Of a stretch of DNA of 48,886 bases, positions 12,270-21,442 are shown piece by piece. Position numbers and translations under genes: made by a program. The notes under the pieces were generated by a model. The model saw only the letters and a list, made by a program, of their open reading frames with translations. It did not search any database and was not told the DNA's origin. Source of the DNA: Candidatus Nanopelagicales bacterium (GTDB lineage: Bacteria; Actinomycetota; Actinomycetes; S36-B12). Location of the stretch: the NCBI GenBank assembly GCA_030728405.1, contig JANQZS010000099.1, positions 15,281-64,166 on the forward strand. The letters run 5' to 3'. How positions within the stretch are numbered: position 1 is the first letter of the stretch; each line of letters opens with the position of its first letter.

Positions 12270-13132
12270 TGAGTGTGACGCTGCAAGTGAGCTCGGAAGT
12301 ACTCGACGTGCGTAGAGCCGGAAGTTATTTTGTCATTTCTCTCACTGCACCAGGAATCGCCGAGATCGCCAAGCCTGGGCAATTTATCACGATTGCGATG
12401 GGCGGGGAAGAGTCAAGCATGATGCTCCGTCGCTCCTTTGCCATTCATCAGGTGCAATCGCGGGGTGTGTACGGCGGCACTTTAGACATCGTCGTTTCTG
12501 TCCACGGAAAAGGCACCAAGTGGTTATCTGAACGACGACGTCATGACACTCTGGCCGTTGTTGGTCCTTTGGGAACACCATTCTCTCTGCCTAAGTCACC
12601 GGTTTCATGTGTCATCGTTGGTGGTGGGTATGGCAGCGCGCCGCTATTTGTGTTAGCCGAGCAACTTCGCGACCGCGGCTGCAGGGTTGATGCGGTACTG
12701 GGTGCCAGCACCGAAGAAAAGCTCTTTGGCGTTTTGGAATTGAAGCGACTTGCGACCGCCATCACTGTCACGACTGACGACGGATCCAGCGGATTCAAGG
12801 GAAACGTTGCCGACGTCCTCCCGGAACTCATAGATCGTGTCAACGCTGACGTTGTGTACGCGTGCGGGCCGATGGGGATGCTCTCGGCCGTGGCTGAAAT
12901 TGCTACGCGTAAGCGTGTGTTTAGTCAGTGTTCGGTAGAGGAAGCGATGGCGTGTGGAATCGGCGTGTGCATGACCTGTGTTCTTCCAGTCATTGGCGAT
13001 GACGGAGTGACCCGCATGGTTCGTTCATGCACTGACGGGCCCACCTTCCGCGGAGATCGGGTGCGTTGGTCTGACGTCGGAACGATTCCCGAAGATACCT
13101 ATGGCGCACCGGTGAGTGGTGTTCGCTCATGA
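12266..13132 (+). CDS. pyrK: Dihydroorotate dehydrogenase electron-transfer subunit
   Basis: PGQF, LRRSF, GPLG..F, GGGYG, YACGP and the [2Fe-2S] motif [11 protein letters not shown]...C.DGP. Confidence 0.93.
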   Translation: MMSVTLQVSSEVLDVRRAGSYFVISLTAPGIAEIAKPGQFITIAMGGEESSMMLRRSFAIHQVQSRGVYGGTLDIVVSVHGKGTKWLSERRRHDTLAVVGPLGTPFSLPKSPVSCVIVGGGYGSAPLFVLAEQLRDRGCRVDAVLGASTEEKLFGVLELKRLATAITVTTDDGSSGFKGNVADVLPELIDRVNADVVYACGPMGMLSAVAEIATRKRVFSQCSVEEAMACGIGVCMTCVLPVIGDDGVTRMVRSCTDGPTFRGDRVRWSDVGTIPEDTYGAPVSGVRS

Positions 13133-14175
13133 GTCGCGCACTATTCGTTAAGCCGTCGTCTTTATCTGGCCCCGCCTTGTCGGTAGACATGACCGCGTCA
13201 TTTGCCGGTTTAGAACTTCCTAGCCCCATGCTCACCGCTTCTGGCTGCGCAGCAGCTGGGAAAGAGTTGGACGCATTCTTTGACATCACTGCGATCGGTG
13301 GTGTGGTAACGAAAAGCATCATGATGCAGCCGCGGTCGGGGCGAGCCACTCCTCGAATGGCTGAAACCCCCAGCGGAATGCTTAATTCCATTGGCCTGCA
13401 AGGTCCAGGCCTTGATCGATTCATCGAAGAAGACTTGGCGTGGCTCAACAATCGCGGCGCACGCACGATCGTGTCCATTGCCGGAGAAACCGCTGAGGAA
13501 TTCGGCAAGATCGCTCAACGGTTGCGCAATGTGGGTGGGTTTGAAGCGATCGAGGTCAATATTTCCTGCCCCAACGTGGCTGATCGGGGTCAGGTTTTCG
13601 CCTGTAATCCAGTGAGCGCTGCTCAGGTGGTCCAGGTAGTTAAGCGAAACTCTGATGCGCGCATGCCGATCTTTGCAAAGCTCTCACCGGATGTCACAGA
13701 CATCGTCGAGATTGCAGATTCGGTCATCAAGGCAGGTGCAACCGGTGTTTCACTGATCAATACCTTGCTCGGAATGGTCATCGATCCCGTAACGATGCGG
13801 CCGGCGCTGGCTGGAATCACCGGTGGCCTTTCGGGTCCGGCGATTCGGCCCGTGGCCGTGCGGTGCGTGTGGAGTGTTCGGCAGGCATTTCCTGATATCC
13901 CGATCATCGGAATGGGAGGGATCAGATCGGGTACTGATGCACTGGAATTCATCCTCGCCGGAGCAAATGCAGTGTCCGTAGGAACCAGTATTTTCAATGA
14001 CCCATCAGCACCATTCCGTATCCATGGCGAATTGCAGGTGGCATTGGCTGAGCGTGGTTTCTCCTCGCTTGCTGACGCAGTGTCCTACGCGCATCGGCCT
14101 GTCGATACCACTCGCGAAGACCCGATCACCTCAGAGCAGTCATCTGATGATGACTGGGATTTCATTTCCGAATGA
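13129..14175 (+). CDS. pyrD: Dihydroorotate dehydrogenase (class 1B) catalytic subunit
   Basis: ASGC, TKS, GMLNSIGLQGPG, EVNISCPN, KLSP, INT and GGLSGPAIRP. Confidence 0.95.
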   Translation: MSRALFVKPSSLSGPALSVDMTASFAGLELPSPMLTASGCAAAGKELDAFFDITAIGGVVTKSIMMQPRSGRATPRMAETPSGMLNSIGLQGPGLDRFIEEDLAWLNNRGARTIVSIAGETAEEFGKIAQRLRNVGGFEAIEVNISCPNVADRGQVFACNPVSAAQVVQVVKRNSDARMPIFAKLSPDVTDIVEIADSVIKAGATGVSLINTLLGMVIDPVTMRPALAGITGGLSGPAIRPVAVRCVWSVRQAFPDIPIIGMGGIRSGTDALEFILAGANAVSVGTSIFNDPSAPFRIHGELQVALAERGFSSLADAVSYAHRPVDTTREDPITSEQSSDDDWDFISE

Positions 14176-14912
14176 GTTCCATGCGTGTGACTTTCCCCCG
14201 TGCACCCATCGCGGTGGCGCTCGATGCGCCTTCGCTCGCAGATCTGCGCACGTGGGCCGAAGAGACCGCTCCGTTCGTTTCGTGTCTGAAGGTGGGACTT
14301 GAAGTTTTTTATCGAGACGGCCGCGAGGCAGTGGTTGCTGCGCGCGAGGGTGCACTCTCTGCGGGAGTTACCGATTCCATGCTCTTTCTCGATGTGAAGT
14401 TGCACGACATTCCCGCAACGGTTCGCGGAGCGGCAGATGCCCTTCGCGACATTGCTCCTGATTTTCTCACGGTTCACGCATCCGGGGGCCCAGACATGAT
14501 CGCTGCGGCCTGCGCGGTTCTTCCGAATACGCGGATTACTGCCGTCACGGTCCTGACCAGTTTGGGCCCTCGTGATCTGGCCTCGCTCGGTCTCGATGGT
14601 GCACCGGAGGAGATCGTGGTGCGGTGGGCAGCGATGGCCGTTGATGCAGGTGCCCGAGCAATTGTGTGTTCCCCCTTAGAAGTCGCCGCGGTGCGGGCGG
14701 CAGTTCCCGATGATGTCGTGCTGATAACCCCAGGCGTGCGCCCAGCCGGGGTAGGCACCGATGACCAAAAGCGGGTCACCACTCCCGAGGACGCCATCCG
14801 CATGGGTGCTGACCTTCTCGTGATTGGGCGACCCATCACCGGGGCCGCAAAGATGGCTGATGCGGCCCGATCTATCGGCCTTTCTTTGACCGAGGTTGGC
14901 GGCACTTCATGA
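14172..14912 (+). CDS. pyrF: Orotidine-5'-phosphate decarboxylase
   Basis: VALD, LKVG, FLDVKLHDIPATV, TVHASGG, VTVLTS, PGVR...DDQKR and VIGRPI. Confidence 0.96.
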   Translation: MSSMRVTFPRAPIAVALDAPSLADLRTWAEETAPFVSCLKVGLEVFYRDGREAVVAAREGALSAGVTDSMLFLDVKLHDIPATVRGAADALRDIAPDFLTVHASGGPDMIAAACAVLPNTRITAVTVLTSLGPRDLASLGLDGAPEEIVVRWAAMAVDAGARAIVCSPLEVAAVRAAVPDDVVLITPGVRPAGVGTDDQKRVTTPEDAIRMGADLLVIGRPITGAAKMADAARSIGLSLTEVGGTS

Positions 14913-15232
14913 CGATGCCAGTGCGGACCAACGAAGAGCGCGATGCCGCCCTTGTCTCGGCGCGCGCCGTTCGACGAGTCAGGGCGCAATTGCGTGATGA
15001 CATCAGGAATGGCCAATTGAGTGCATGCGAGGTGCTCACCGGATATCCCACCAATGAGGAATGGGCGAGAGTCAAGGTGAGGTGGCTCCTCGAATCCATC
15101 CCCGGAATGGGCCAGGTCAAGGTTTCATCACTCATGGATCAGCTTCGCATCGCGCCGAGCAGGCGCGTTCGTGGATTAGGGATTCATCAACGGGCAGCCC
15201 TCGTCGATTCACTCAAGGATCGCAATGTCTGA
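14909..15232 (+). CDS. mihF: Actinobacterial integration host factor (mIHF/sIHF family), divergent
   Basis: H2TH signature KV..LLESIPG.G.VK...[15 protein letters not shown]; conserved position between pyrF and gmk. Confidence 0.85.
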   Translation: MTMPVRTNEERDAALVSARAVRRVRAQLRDDIRNGQLSACEVLTGYPTNEEWARVKVRWLLESIPGMGQVKVSSLMDQLRIAPSRRVRGLGIHQRAALVDSLKDRNV

Positions 15233-15788
15233 CCTCGCGCCGCTGATTGTGGTTTCTGGCCCTTCGGGGGTAGGCAAGAGCACTGTGGTCACTGAAGCGC
15301 TGCGCCTTGACCCGAGTATTTGGTTATCCGTTTCCGCGACGACTCGTTCACCTCGGCCAGGTGAAGTGAATGGCGAGCACTATTTCTTCCTATCCCAGGA
15401 GGAATTTGATGAACTCGTGGCAACCGGGGGTTTGCTGGAGTGGGCCGAATACGCCGGGAACAGGTACGGAACCCCTCGAGAGGCCGTGGCTGCGCATCGA
15501 ATGGCCGGTCAGCCCGTATTGCTTGAGATTGAGGTTCAAGGTGCCCGCCAGGTGCGCAGCAGCGTCGCTGATGCCACTTTGGTGTTTCTAGCACCGCCAA
15601 CTGCCGAAATCCTTGAGGAGCGTCTTCGCAATCGAGGTACCGAGGAGGAGGCTGTGGTCGCCGCCCGATTGGAGGTGGCCACGGCTGAACTCGCTGCTGC
15701 GGGGGAGTTCGATGTGGTCCTGGTGAATGCCGAGGTCGGCCAGTGTGCCCAGGCATTGCTAGACTTTGCCATTCGAGGCATTGGCTAG
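15225..15788 (+). CDS. gmk: Guanylate kinase
   Basis: [11 protein letters not shown]-loop, SVSATTR.PRPGE, YGTP and LEIEVQGA. Confidence 0.97.
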   Translation: MSDLAPLIVVSGPSGVGKSTVVTEALRLDPSIWLSVSATTRSPRPGEVNGEHYFFLSQEEFDELVATGGLLEWAEYAGNRYGTPREAVAAHRMAGQPVLLEIEVQGARQVRSSVADATLVFLAPPTAEILEERLRNRGTEEEAVVAARLEVATAELAAAGEFDVVLVNAEVGQCAQALLDFAIRGIG

Positions 15789-15845
15789 GCGCTTGATGTA
15801 GCTAGTGGCCCTGAGACCCATTCGTTTCCCACCTGCAGATGAGGC

Positions 15846-16184
15846 TTGACCGTGAGCACAGGACGCCCCGAAGGCATCACCTATCCGTCCATCGATGCCT
15901 TGCTTGAGAAGACAGATTCCAAGTACTCGCTGGTGAGCTACGCAGCCAAGCGCGCGCGGCAGATCAATGCTTACTATTCCCAGCTCGGCGAGGGCCTACT
16001 CGAATACGTCGGCCCCCTCGTTGAAACCCATGTTCAAGAGAAGCCGCTCTCCATTGCCCTCCGTGAGATCGATGCAGGTTTGCTCACTGTTGTTCCTTTT
16101 GATCCAGCCGAGGAGCAGGTTGTCGTTGAAGGTGTCGCGGCAGCCGATCCCTTCGTAGTTGTTGAAGAGGAGACGACCGACTAG
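15846..16184 (+). CDS. rpoZ: RNA polymerase omega subunit
   Basis: [10 protein letters not shown]....[34 protein letters not shown]...[11 protein letters not shown]; start could be TTG 15846 or GTG 15852. Confidence 0.96.
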   Translation: MTVSTGRPEGITYPSIDALLEKTDSKYSLVSYAAKRARQINAYYSQLGEGLLEYVGPLVETHVQEKPLSIALREIDAGLLTVVPFDPAEEQVVVEGVAAADPFVVVEEETTD

Positions 16185-16195
16185 TTCGGTCGTCT
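16171..16195 (+). terminator. Perfect 10-bp hairpin centred on the rpoZ stop codon (possible terminator or mRNA stabiliser, no U tract)
   Basis: AGACGACCGA-CTAGT-TCGGTCGTCT. Confidence 0.45.
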
Positions 16196-16203
16196 AACGC
16201 CCG

Positions 16204-17427
16204 ATGGTGCAGGAGTCACCTGTCGTCTTGGGTGTTGCCGGCGGCATCGCCGCTTACAAAGCCGTCGAACTACTCAGAATCCTGCGCGAATCCGGGATTG
16301 ATGTTGTCGTCGTGCCTACCGCTAATGCACTTCGCTTTGTCGGGTCACCCACATGGGAAGCGCTTTCTGGCCGACCAGTAGCGACCGATGTGTGGGCCAA
16401 CACCCACCAGGTGCCACACGTGCGATTAGGACAACAGGCACGCGCAGTGGTTGTTGCACCGGCCACCGCCGATCTCCTTGCTAGGGCAGTATCGGGAATT
16501 GCCGATGATCTCCTCACCAACACCTTGCTCACTGCTTCGTGCCCCGTGATCATGGCCCCAGCAATGCACACTGAGATGTGGCAGCACCCGGCCACCCAGC
16601 GCAATGTGCAGATATTGCGTGCGCGAGGGGTGATCGTGCTGGAACCTGCTGTGGGCCGACTTACAGGTACCGACTCTGGCCCTGGTCGCTTGGCGGATCC
16701 ATCGGCCATCGCCCATGCAGTGCGCGATGTTCTGCGCCGCCGTCCCCAACCAGATTTGCTCGGAGTGCGGGTGCTGATTAGTGCAGGTGGCACCCGAGAG
16801 TCGTGGGATCCCGTTCGCTTCATCGGCAATCGGAGTAGCGGTCGGCAAGGTATCGAATTGGCCCGAACCGCAATCAGCAGGGGAGCCGAGGTCACACTCG
16901 TGGCCGCCGCCATCGAAGTTGAGCCACCTGCCGGGGCTTTGGTCGTACGAGTGGAGTCCGCTGAAGATCTCCGAGCTGCCATGCATGCTCATGCGCAAGT
17001 TGCTGATGTGGTGGTCATGGCGGCGGCGGTCGCGGATTTCCGCCCTGCCGACATTGCGAAAGACAAGATAAAGAAGAGCGACTCCGGCTCCGTGCCAGAA
17101 TTAGCCCTCGAACGCACTACCGATGTGTTGGCTGAATTGGTAGTGAAACGGGGTGAATCCAGGGCACCTTTCATCGTGGGATTCGCGGCTGAGACCGCTC
17201 GCGATTCCGAAGATCTGCTCACCCTCGGGCAAGAGAAACTCGCGCGGAAGGGCTGTGATCTGCTCGTCGTCAATGACGTAGCCGCCCACGACGTTTTTGG
17301 CTCGACGCACAACTCAGTGCTGATTTTGAGTCGAGCTGGCGAGCCGGTAGTTCTTGTTCGCCAGCCCAAAGAGGACTTAGCCGATGCGCTCTGGGACACG
17401 GTGCGCAATCGGATCCCGGCCAGATAG
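16204..17427 (+). CDS. coaBC: Bifunctional phosphopantothenoylcysteine decarboxylase / phosphopantothenate-cysteine ligase
   Basis: GGIAAYK, APATA, PAMHTEMW, GGTRE..DPVRFIGNRSSG.QG, AAVADF and VGFAAET. Confidence 0.97.
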   Translation: MVQESPVVLGVAGGIAAYKAVELLRILRESGIDVVVVPTANALRFVGSPTWEALSGRPVATDVWANTHQVPHVRLGQQARAVVVAPATADLLARAVSGIADDLLTNTLLTASCPVIMAPAMHTEMWQHPATQRNVQILRARGVIVLEPAVGRLTGTDSGPGRLADPSAIAHAVRDVLRRRPQPDLLGVRVLISAGGTRESWDPVRFIGNRSSGRQGIELARTAISRGAEVTLVAAAIEVEPPAGALVVRVESAEDLRAAMHAHAQVADVVVMAAAVADFRPADIAKDKIKKSDSGSVPELALERTTDVLAELVVKRGESRAPFIVGFAAETARDSEDLLTLGQEKLARKGCDLLVVNDVAAHDVFGSTHNSVLILSRAGEPVVLVRQPKEDLADALWDTVRNRIPAR

Positions 17428-17452
17428 CCGGTGCTCGTGTAGAGTTTGGGTC

Positions 17453-17557
17453 GGTCAAGAGCACCAGCGTTAAGTCCCGGCTCGCTGGTCGGCAACCCTC
17501 CTCCGCGGTGGGGTGCTCCGGGAGCAGACCAGGCCTCATCCGAGGCAAGCGCGAGTC
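17453..17557 (+). ncRNA. SAM-IV riboswitch upstream of metK
   Basis: GGTCAAGAGCACCAGCGTTAAGTCCCGGCTCGCTGGTCGGCAACCCTCCTCCGCGGTGGGGTGCTCCGGGAGCAGACCAGG...GGCAAGCGCG follows the SAM-IV architecture (P1 GGTC/GACC, P2 CCAGCG/CGCTGG, GGCAAC, pseudoknot TCCCGG/CCGGGA, 3' AAGCGCG); -10 TAGAGT at 17440-17445. Confidence 0.92.
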
Positions 17558-17601
17558 CTGACCGCAGGGCTGCGAGGAGCCTGATCTAGGGAGAGTTACA
17601 C

Positions 17602-18852
17602 GTGTCAAACCGCTTGTTCACATCAGAGTCAGTCACTGAGGGTCACCCAGACAAAATGGCGGACCAGATTAGTGATGCCATCCTTGATGATCTTCTGCGC
17701 CAAGACCCACGTAGCCGGGTGGCGGTTGAGACGATGCTCACGACCGGTCAGGTGCACGTTGCTGGCGAGGTGACCACCGAAGGTTTTGCAGATGTCATGA
17801 AATTAGTGCGCGATACCGTCATGGAAATTGGTTATGACTCGTCGGCCAAGGGTTTTGATGGCGAGTCGTGTGGCATCTCGGTGTCGATCGGCAAGCAGTC
17901 ACCAGATATCGCGCAGGGTGTCGACGATGCAATCGAAGAGCGCGAGGGTGCAAGTTCTGATCCGCTTGATCGTCAGGGCGCGGGGGACCAAGGTTTAATG
18001 TTTGGGTTCGCGTGCACTGACACAGTCGATTTGATGCCGCTGCCTATTTCCTTGGCGCAGCGGTTGGCACAGCAGCTCACCTCCGTTCGCAAAGACGGGA
18101 CCATGCCGTACCTGCGGCCAGACGGCAAAACTCAGGTCACCATTGCTTACGACGAGAACGATCGACCCATCAGGATCGACACGGTTGTGGTGAGCAGCCA
18201 GCATGCCCGTGACATCAGTTTGGAAAACATGCTGACCCCGGATGTGCGCAAGTACGTTGTCGAGCCCATTTTGTCGACAATCGATCTTGATTCCAGCGAT
18301 TACCGTCTGCTGGTGAACCCCACCGGTCGCTTCGAAGTCGGCGGCCCGATGGGTGATGCTGGCCTGACCGGTCGCAAAATCATTGTTGATACCTACGGTG
18401 GCATGGCCCGACATGGTGGCGGAGCGTTCTCTGGCAAAGATCCATCAAAGGTGGACCGTTCGGCGGCATACGCGATGCGCTGGGTGGCCAAGAATGTTGT
18501 GGCTGCGGGGCTTGCTACCCGCTGCGAGGTTCAAGTTGCCTACGCGATTGGCAAAGCCCACCCGGTGGGAGTATTCGTGGAGACTTTTGGCACGGGGGTA
18601 ATCGCCGACGAAGCAATCCAAGAGGCGGTACTTCGAGTCTTTGACCTTCGCCCGGCTGCGATCATCCGCGATTTGGATCTCTTGCGGCCCATTTATCGAG
18701 TGACGAGTGCCTACGGACACTTTGGGCGTCCACAGGGAACCAATGAGCTTCTCGACTCTGATGACCCGACCAAGCGCACCAAGGTTGGCCCCACGTTTAC
18801 TTGGGAAAACACCGACCGCGCAGAGGATCTCCGCTCGGTCGCCGGTATCTAG
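17602..18852 (+). CDS. metK: S-adenosylmethionine synthetase
   Basis: [28 protein letters not shown] and [16 protein letters not shown]. Confidence 0.98.
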   Translation: MSNRLFTSESVTEGHPDKMADQISDAILDDLLRQDPRSRVAVETMLTTGQVHVAGEVTTEGFADVMKLVRDTVMEIGYDSSAKGFDGESCGISVSIGKQSPDIAQGVDDAIEEREGASSDPLDRQGAGDQGLMFGFACTDTVDLMPLPISLAQRLAQQLTSVRKDGTMPYLRPDGKTQVTIAYDENDRPIRIDTVVVSSQHARDISLENMLTPDVRKYVVEPILSTIDLDSSDYRLLVNPTGRFEVGGPMGDAGLTGRKIIVDTYGGMARHGGGAFSGKDPSKVDRSAAYAMRWVAKNVVAAGLATRCEVQVAYAIGKAHPVGVFVETFGTGVIADEAIQEAVLRVFDLRPAAIIRDLDLLRPIYRVTSAYGHFGRPQGTNELLDSDDPTKRTKVGPTFTWENTDRAEDLRSVAGI

Positions 18853-18865
18853 TCAGGGGGACAGC

Positions 18866-20848
18866 ATTCCCGACTCGGATCAACTCACCCTGATCGGTTC
18901 GCCTTCCCGAAAGGCAAAACCGGTAAAGGTGGCTGAGGCGATTGCTGCCATCGACCCGGTAGCGGTGGTGCGCATTGATACCCCGGTGCCACATCTGGAT
19001 CGGGACTTTGATTACTCAGTTCCAGCTCGGTGGTCGGATCTAGCTGTTGTGGGGGCTCGCGTTCGGGTTCGATTCGCCGGTCGATTGATGGATGCCTGCA
19101 TTGTTCGACGAGAACCCACGTCAGACCTTGCTGTCCTCAAACCCATCGACCGCGTTGTCGGCACCGTGCCGATGTGCACCCCGGAAACTCTGCAGTTGAT
19201 TTCGGCAACTGCGCACCGTTACGCGGGAACCCTGTGGGATGTGATGCGAACAGCTGTGCCGCCGCGGGATGCCCGTGCAGAGGCAGTGTTGCCAGAGGTG
19301 AGTGACTGGCGCAGCTCATCGGCTGTCACTGAGTCCACCTGGTCGGGCATATCGCACAGTGCGGGCTTGATGAAGCGGATCGAGGGGGCAGAACCGGTCA
19401 GAGCGGCCTGGAACAGCGTGCCCGGAACTTCCTGGACCGAGCAGGTAGCCGAGTTGATCAATCAAGTGACTGCAACTGAATCCGGTTCGGTGTTGGTGTT
19501 GGTACCGGATGTGAGCGATGTGGAGCGCGTGTGTCGTGCAATTCCGGATGCATGTGATGCCGGTGCGGTGGCGGTCATCGGTGCACACGTGGGCCCGCAA
19601 GCTCGATATGCAGCTTTTCTTCGCGCCATGTTCGGAGCTGCGCGCATAGTCGTAGGTACTCGCACCGCTGCTTTCACACCCATGCCTGACCTGCGGCTCA
19701 TAGTCATGTGGGATGACGGAGATGATGTGTACGCCGATCCGCATGCGCCCTATTGGGATGCGCGCGAGGTCGCAGCTCTTAGATCACATCTTGCCAACTG
19801 CCATCTACTCGTAGGTGGACCAGCGCGCACGGTGGTTGTGCAGCAGTGGTGTGAGTCTGGATGGGCAACATCACTCGCCCCAGAAAAGAGCGTTCTTGCT
19901 GCAGTTGCCCCTCGAGTGCAGGCCGTCGAGCCAGATGATTTCAAAAAAGACGAGGCTGCGGCGTACGCCCGGATTCCCAGTGCCGCATGGCAGGTAGCGC
20001 AAACTGGGCTTAAGGCCGGACCTGTTCTTGTGCAGGTGGCCCGTCGAGGTTATGTGCCGCTCTTGGCGTGTCAGAAGTGTCGAACTCCTGCAGAGTGTTC
20101 CTGTGGGGGAGCCTTCGCACTCGTTGCTGGTTCGTCAATCCCGGTGTGTTCGCGGTGTGGCTCACTCGCGTCGAGTTGGCGGTGTAGCCATTGCGGTGGG
20201 AGCGATCTTCGGGCGATGTCCGTCGGTGTCGAGCGCACGGCTGAAGAACTAGGCAGAGCATTTCCTGGGGTTCGGATTATTTGGTCGCAGGCCGAGCACA
20301 TGGTGCGCGAGGTCTCCGCTGAGCCCGCACTCGTTGTTGCTACACCCGGAGCTGAGCCCGAGGCCGCAACTGGCTACGAAGCCGTGATTTTGCTTGACGC
20401 TCATTGGGCCGGAACAGGTCTTGGTGCGGGGGAGGCCCAGGTGCGCAGGTGGTTCCATGCTGTCGCCCTTGCTCGGCCAAAGGCGCAGGTTATGGTCACC
20501 GCTCCCATTAACTCGGCCACTGTTCAGGCATTAGTGCGATGGGATTCGGTGTGGTTCGCAGCGCGCGAACTGGGTGAACGCAGAGTTACCGGGTTACCCC
20601 CGGCTAGCCGGGTTGCGGCGCTTGAAGGCGATGCCACCTCGGTTCGAGAGGTGGAGCAGTCGATCGAGGTCGCGCACCGAACGTTAGGGCCGGTGGAATT
20701 GGGTGAGGAGAAAGTTCGTCTACTCGTTCTCGTTGACCGGGCTCATGGGACGGTGCTCAGTGAAGAACTCATGCGGATCTCGGTGCGTCGATCTGCCGAT
20801 AAGGCTGCGGCAAAGGTGAATGTGCAGCTTGACCCGCGGGAGTTGTGA
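18866..20848 (+). CDS. priA: Primosomal protein N' (PriA), actinobacterial type; start uncertain (ATT 18866 or first canonical GTG 18929)
   Basis: HLDRDFDY, G.RVRVRFAGR, IVVGTR.A.F.P, four CxxC zinc-knuckle-type motifs, G.ERTAEELGRAFP; follows metK as usual. Confidence 0.9.
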   Translation: MPDSDQLTLIGSPSRKAKPVKVAEAIAAIDPVAVVRIDTPVPHLDRDFDYSVPARWSDLAVVGARVRVRFAGRLMDACIVRREPTSDLAVLKPIDRVVGTVPMCTPETLQLISATAHRYAGTLWDVMRTAVPPRDARAEAVLPEVSDWRSSSAVTESTWSGISHSAGLMKRIEGAEPVRAAWNSVPGTSWTEQVAELINQVTATESGSVLVLVPDVSDVERVCRAIPDACDAGAVAVIGAHVGPQARYAAFLRAMFGAARIVVGTRTAAFTPMPDLRLIVMWDDGDDVYADPHAPYWDAREVAALRSHLANCHLLVGGPARTVVVQQWCESGWATSLAPEKSVLAAVAPRVQAVEPDDFKKDEAAAYARIPSAAWQVAQTGLKAGPVLVQVARRGYVPLLACQKCRTPAECSCGGAFALVAGSSIPVCSRCGSLASSWRCSHCGGSDLRAMSVGVERTAEELGRAFPGVRIIWSQAEHMVREVSAEPALVVATPGAEPEAATGYEAVILLDAHWAGTGLGAGEAQVRRWFHAVALARPKAQVMVTAPINSATVQALVRWDSVWFAARELGERRVTGLPPASRVAALEGDATSVREVEQSIEVAHRTLGPVELGEEKVRLLVLVDRAHGTVLSEELMRISVRRSADKAAAKVNVQLDPREL

Positions 20849-20889
20849 GCCCAGGCTGGTTTCCAACGGAGCGGACCTAGAATGGTCAT

Positions 20890-21435
20890 ATGCCCGTGCA
20901 GCCCATTAGGTTTTTTGGAGACCCAGTGCTGCGCACTCCGGCAGCCGAAGTCACCACCTTCGACAAAGAACTTCGCAAGCTCGTCGCAGATCTCACCGAC
21001 ACCATGATGGATGCCCCTGGGGTCGGACTCGCAGCCCCGCAAATAGGGGTGTCTTTGCGGGTCTTCACATATTGGGTCGATGAGGAACCGGGTCACCTGA
21101 TCAACCCCAATCTAGATCTTTCCGAAGAAGTGGAAGAAGGCGATGAAGGCTGTCTCTCCATTCCTGATCTGTCCTATCCCACATCGAGGTCCCTGAGTGT
21201 TGTAGCGAAAGGGATGAATATGCACGGCGAGCCGGTGGTGATTGAGGGCAGCGATCTACTCGCCCGGTGCGTGCAGCACGAGACTGATCACCTTGACGGC
21301 ATCATGTTCATTGATCGGCTTGATGCTGCGACCAGAAAGATTGCGATGAAAGATATTCGCGAATCTGAGTGGTTCGCCGAGGAACCGGCCACCGTCAAGA
21401 TCAGTCCGCACCCGATCTCGCAGCGCTGGCTCTAA
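20890..21435 (+). CDS. def: Peptide deformylase
   Basis: GVGLAAPQIG, EGCLS and QHETDHLDG; leaderless -10 TAGAAT at 20878-20883. Confidence 0.97.
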   Translation: MPVQPIRFFGDPVLRTPAAEVTTFDKELRKLVADLTDTMMDAPGVGLAAPQIGVSLRVFTYWVDEEPGHLINPNLDLSEEVEEGDEGCLSIPDLSYPTSRSLSVVAKGMNMHGEPVVIEGSDLLARCVQHETDHLDGIMFIDRLDAATRKIAMKDIRESEWFAEEPATVKISPHPISQRWL

Positions 21436-21442
21436 TGTCGTT

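Noticed and set aside
18707-18844. priA start at 18707 or 18743 as suggested by the ORF track
   Set aside because: It would overlap metK by more than 100 nt, and the extra sequence is simply the alternative frame of the metK C-terminus.
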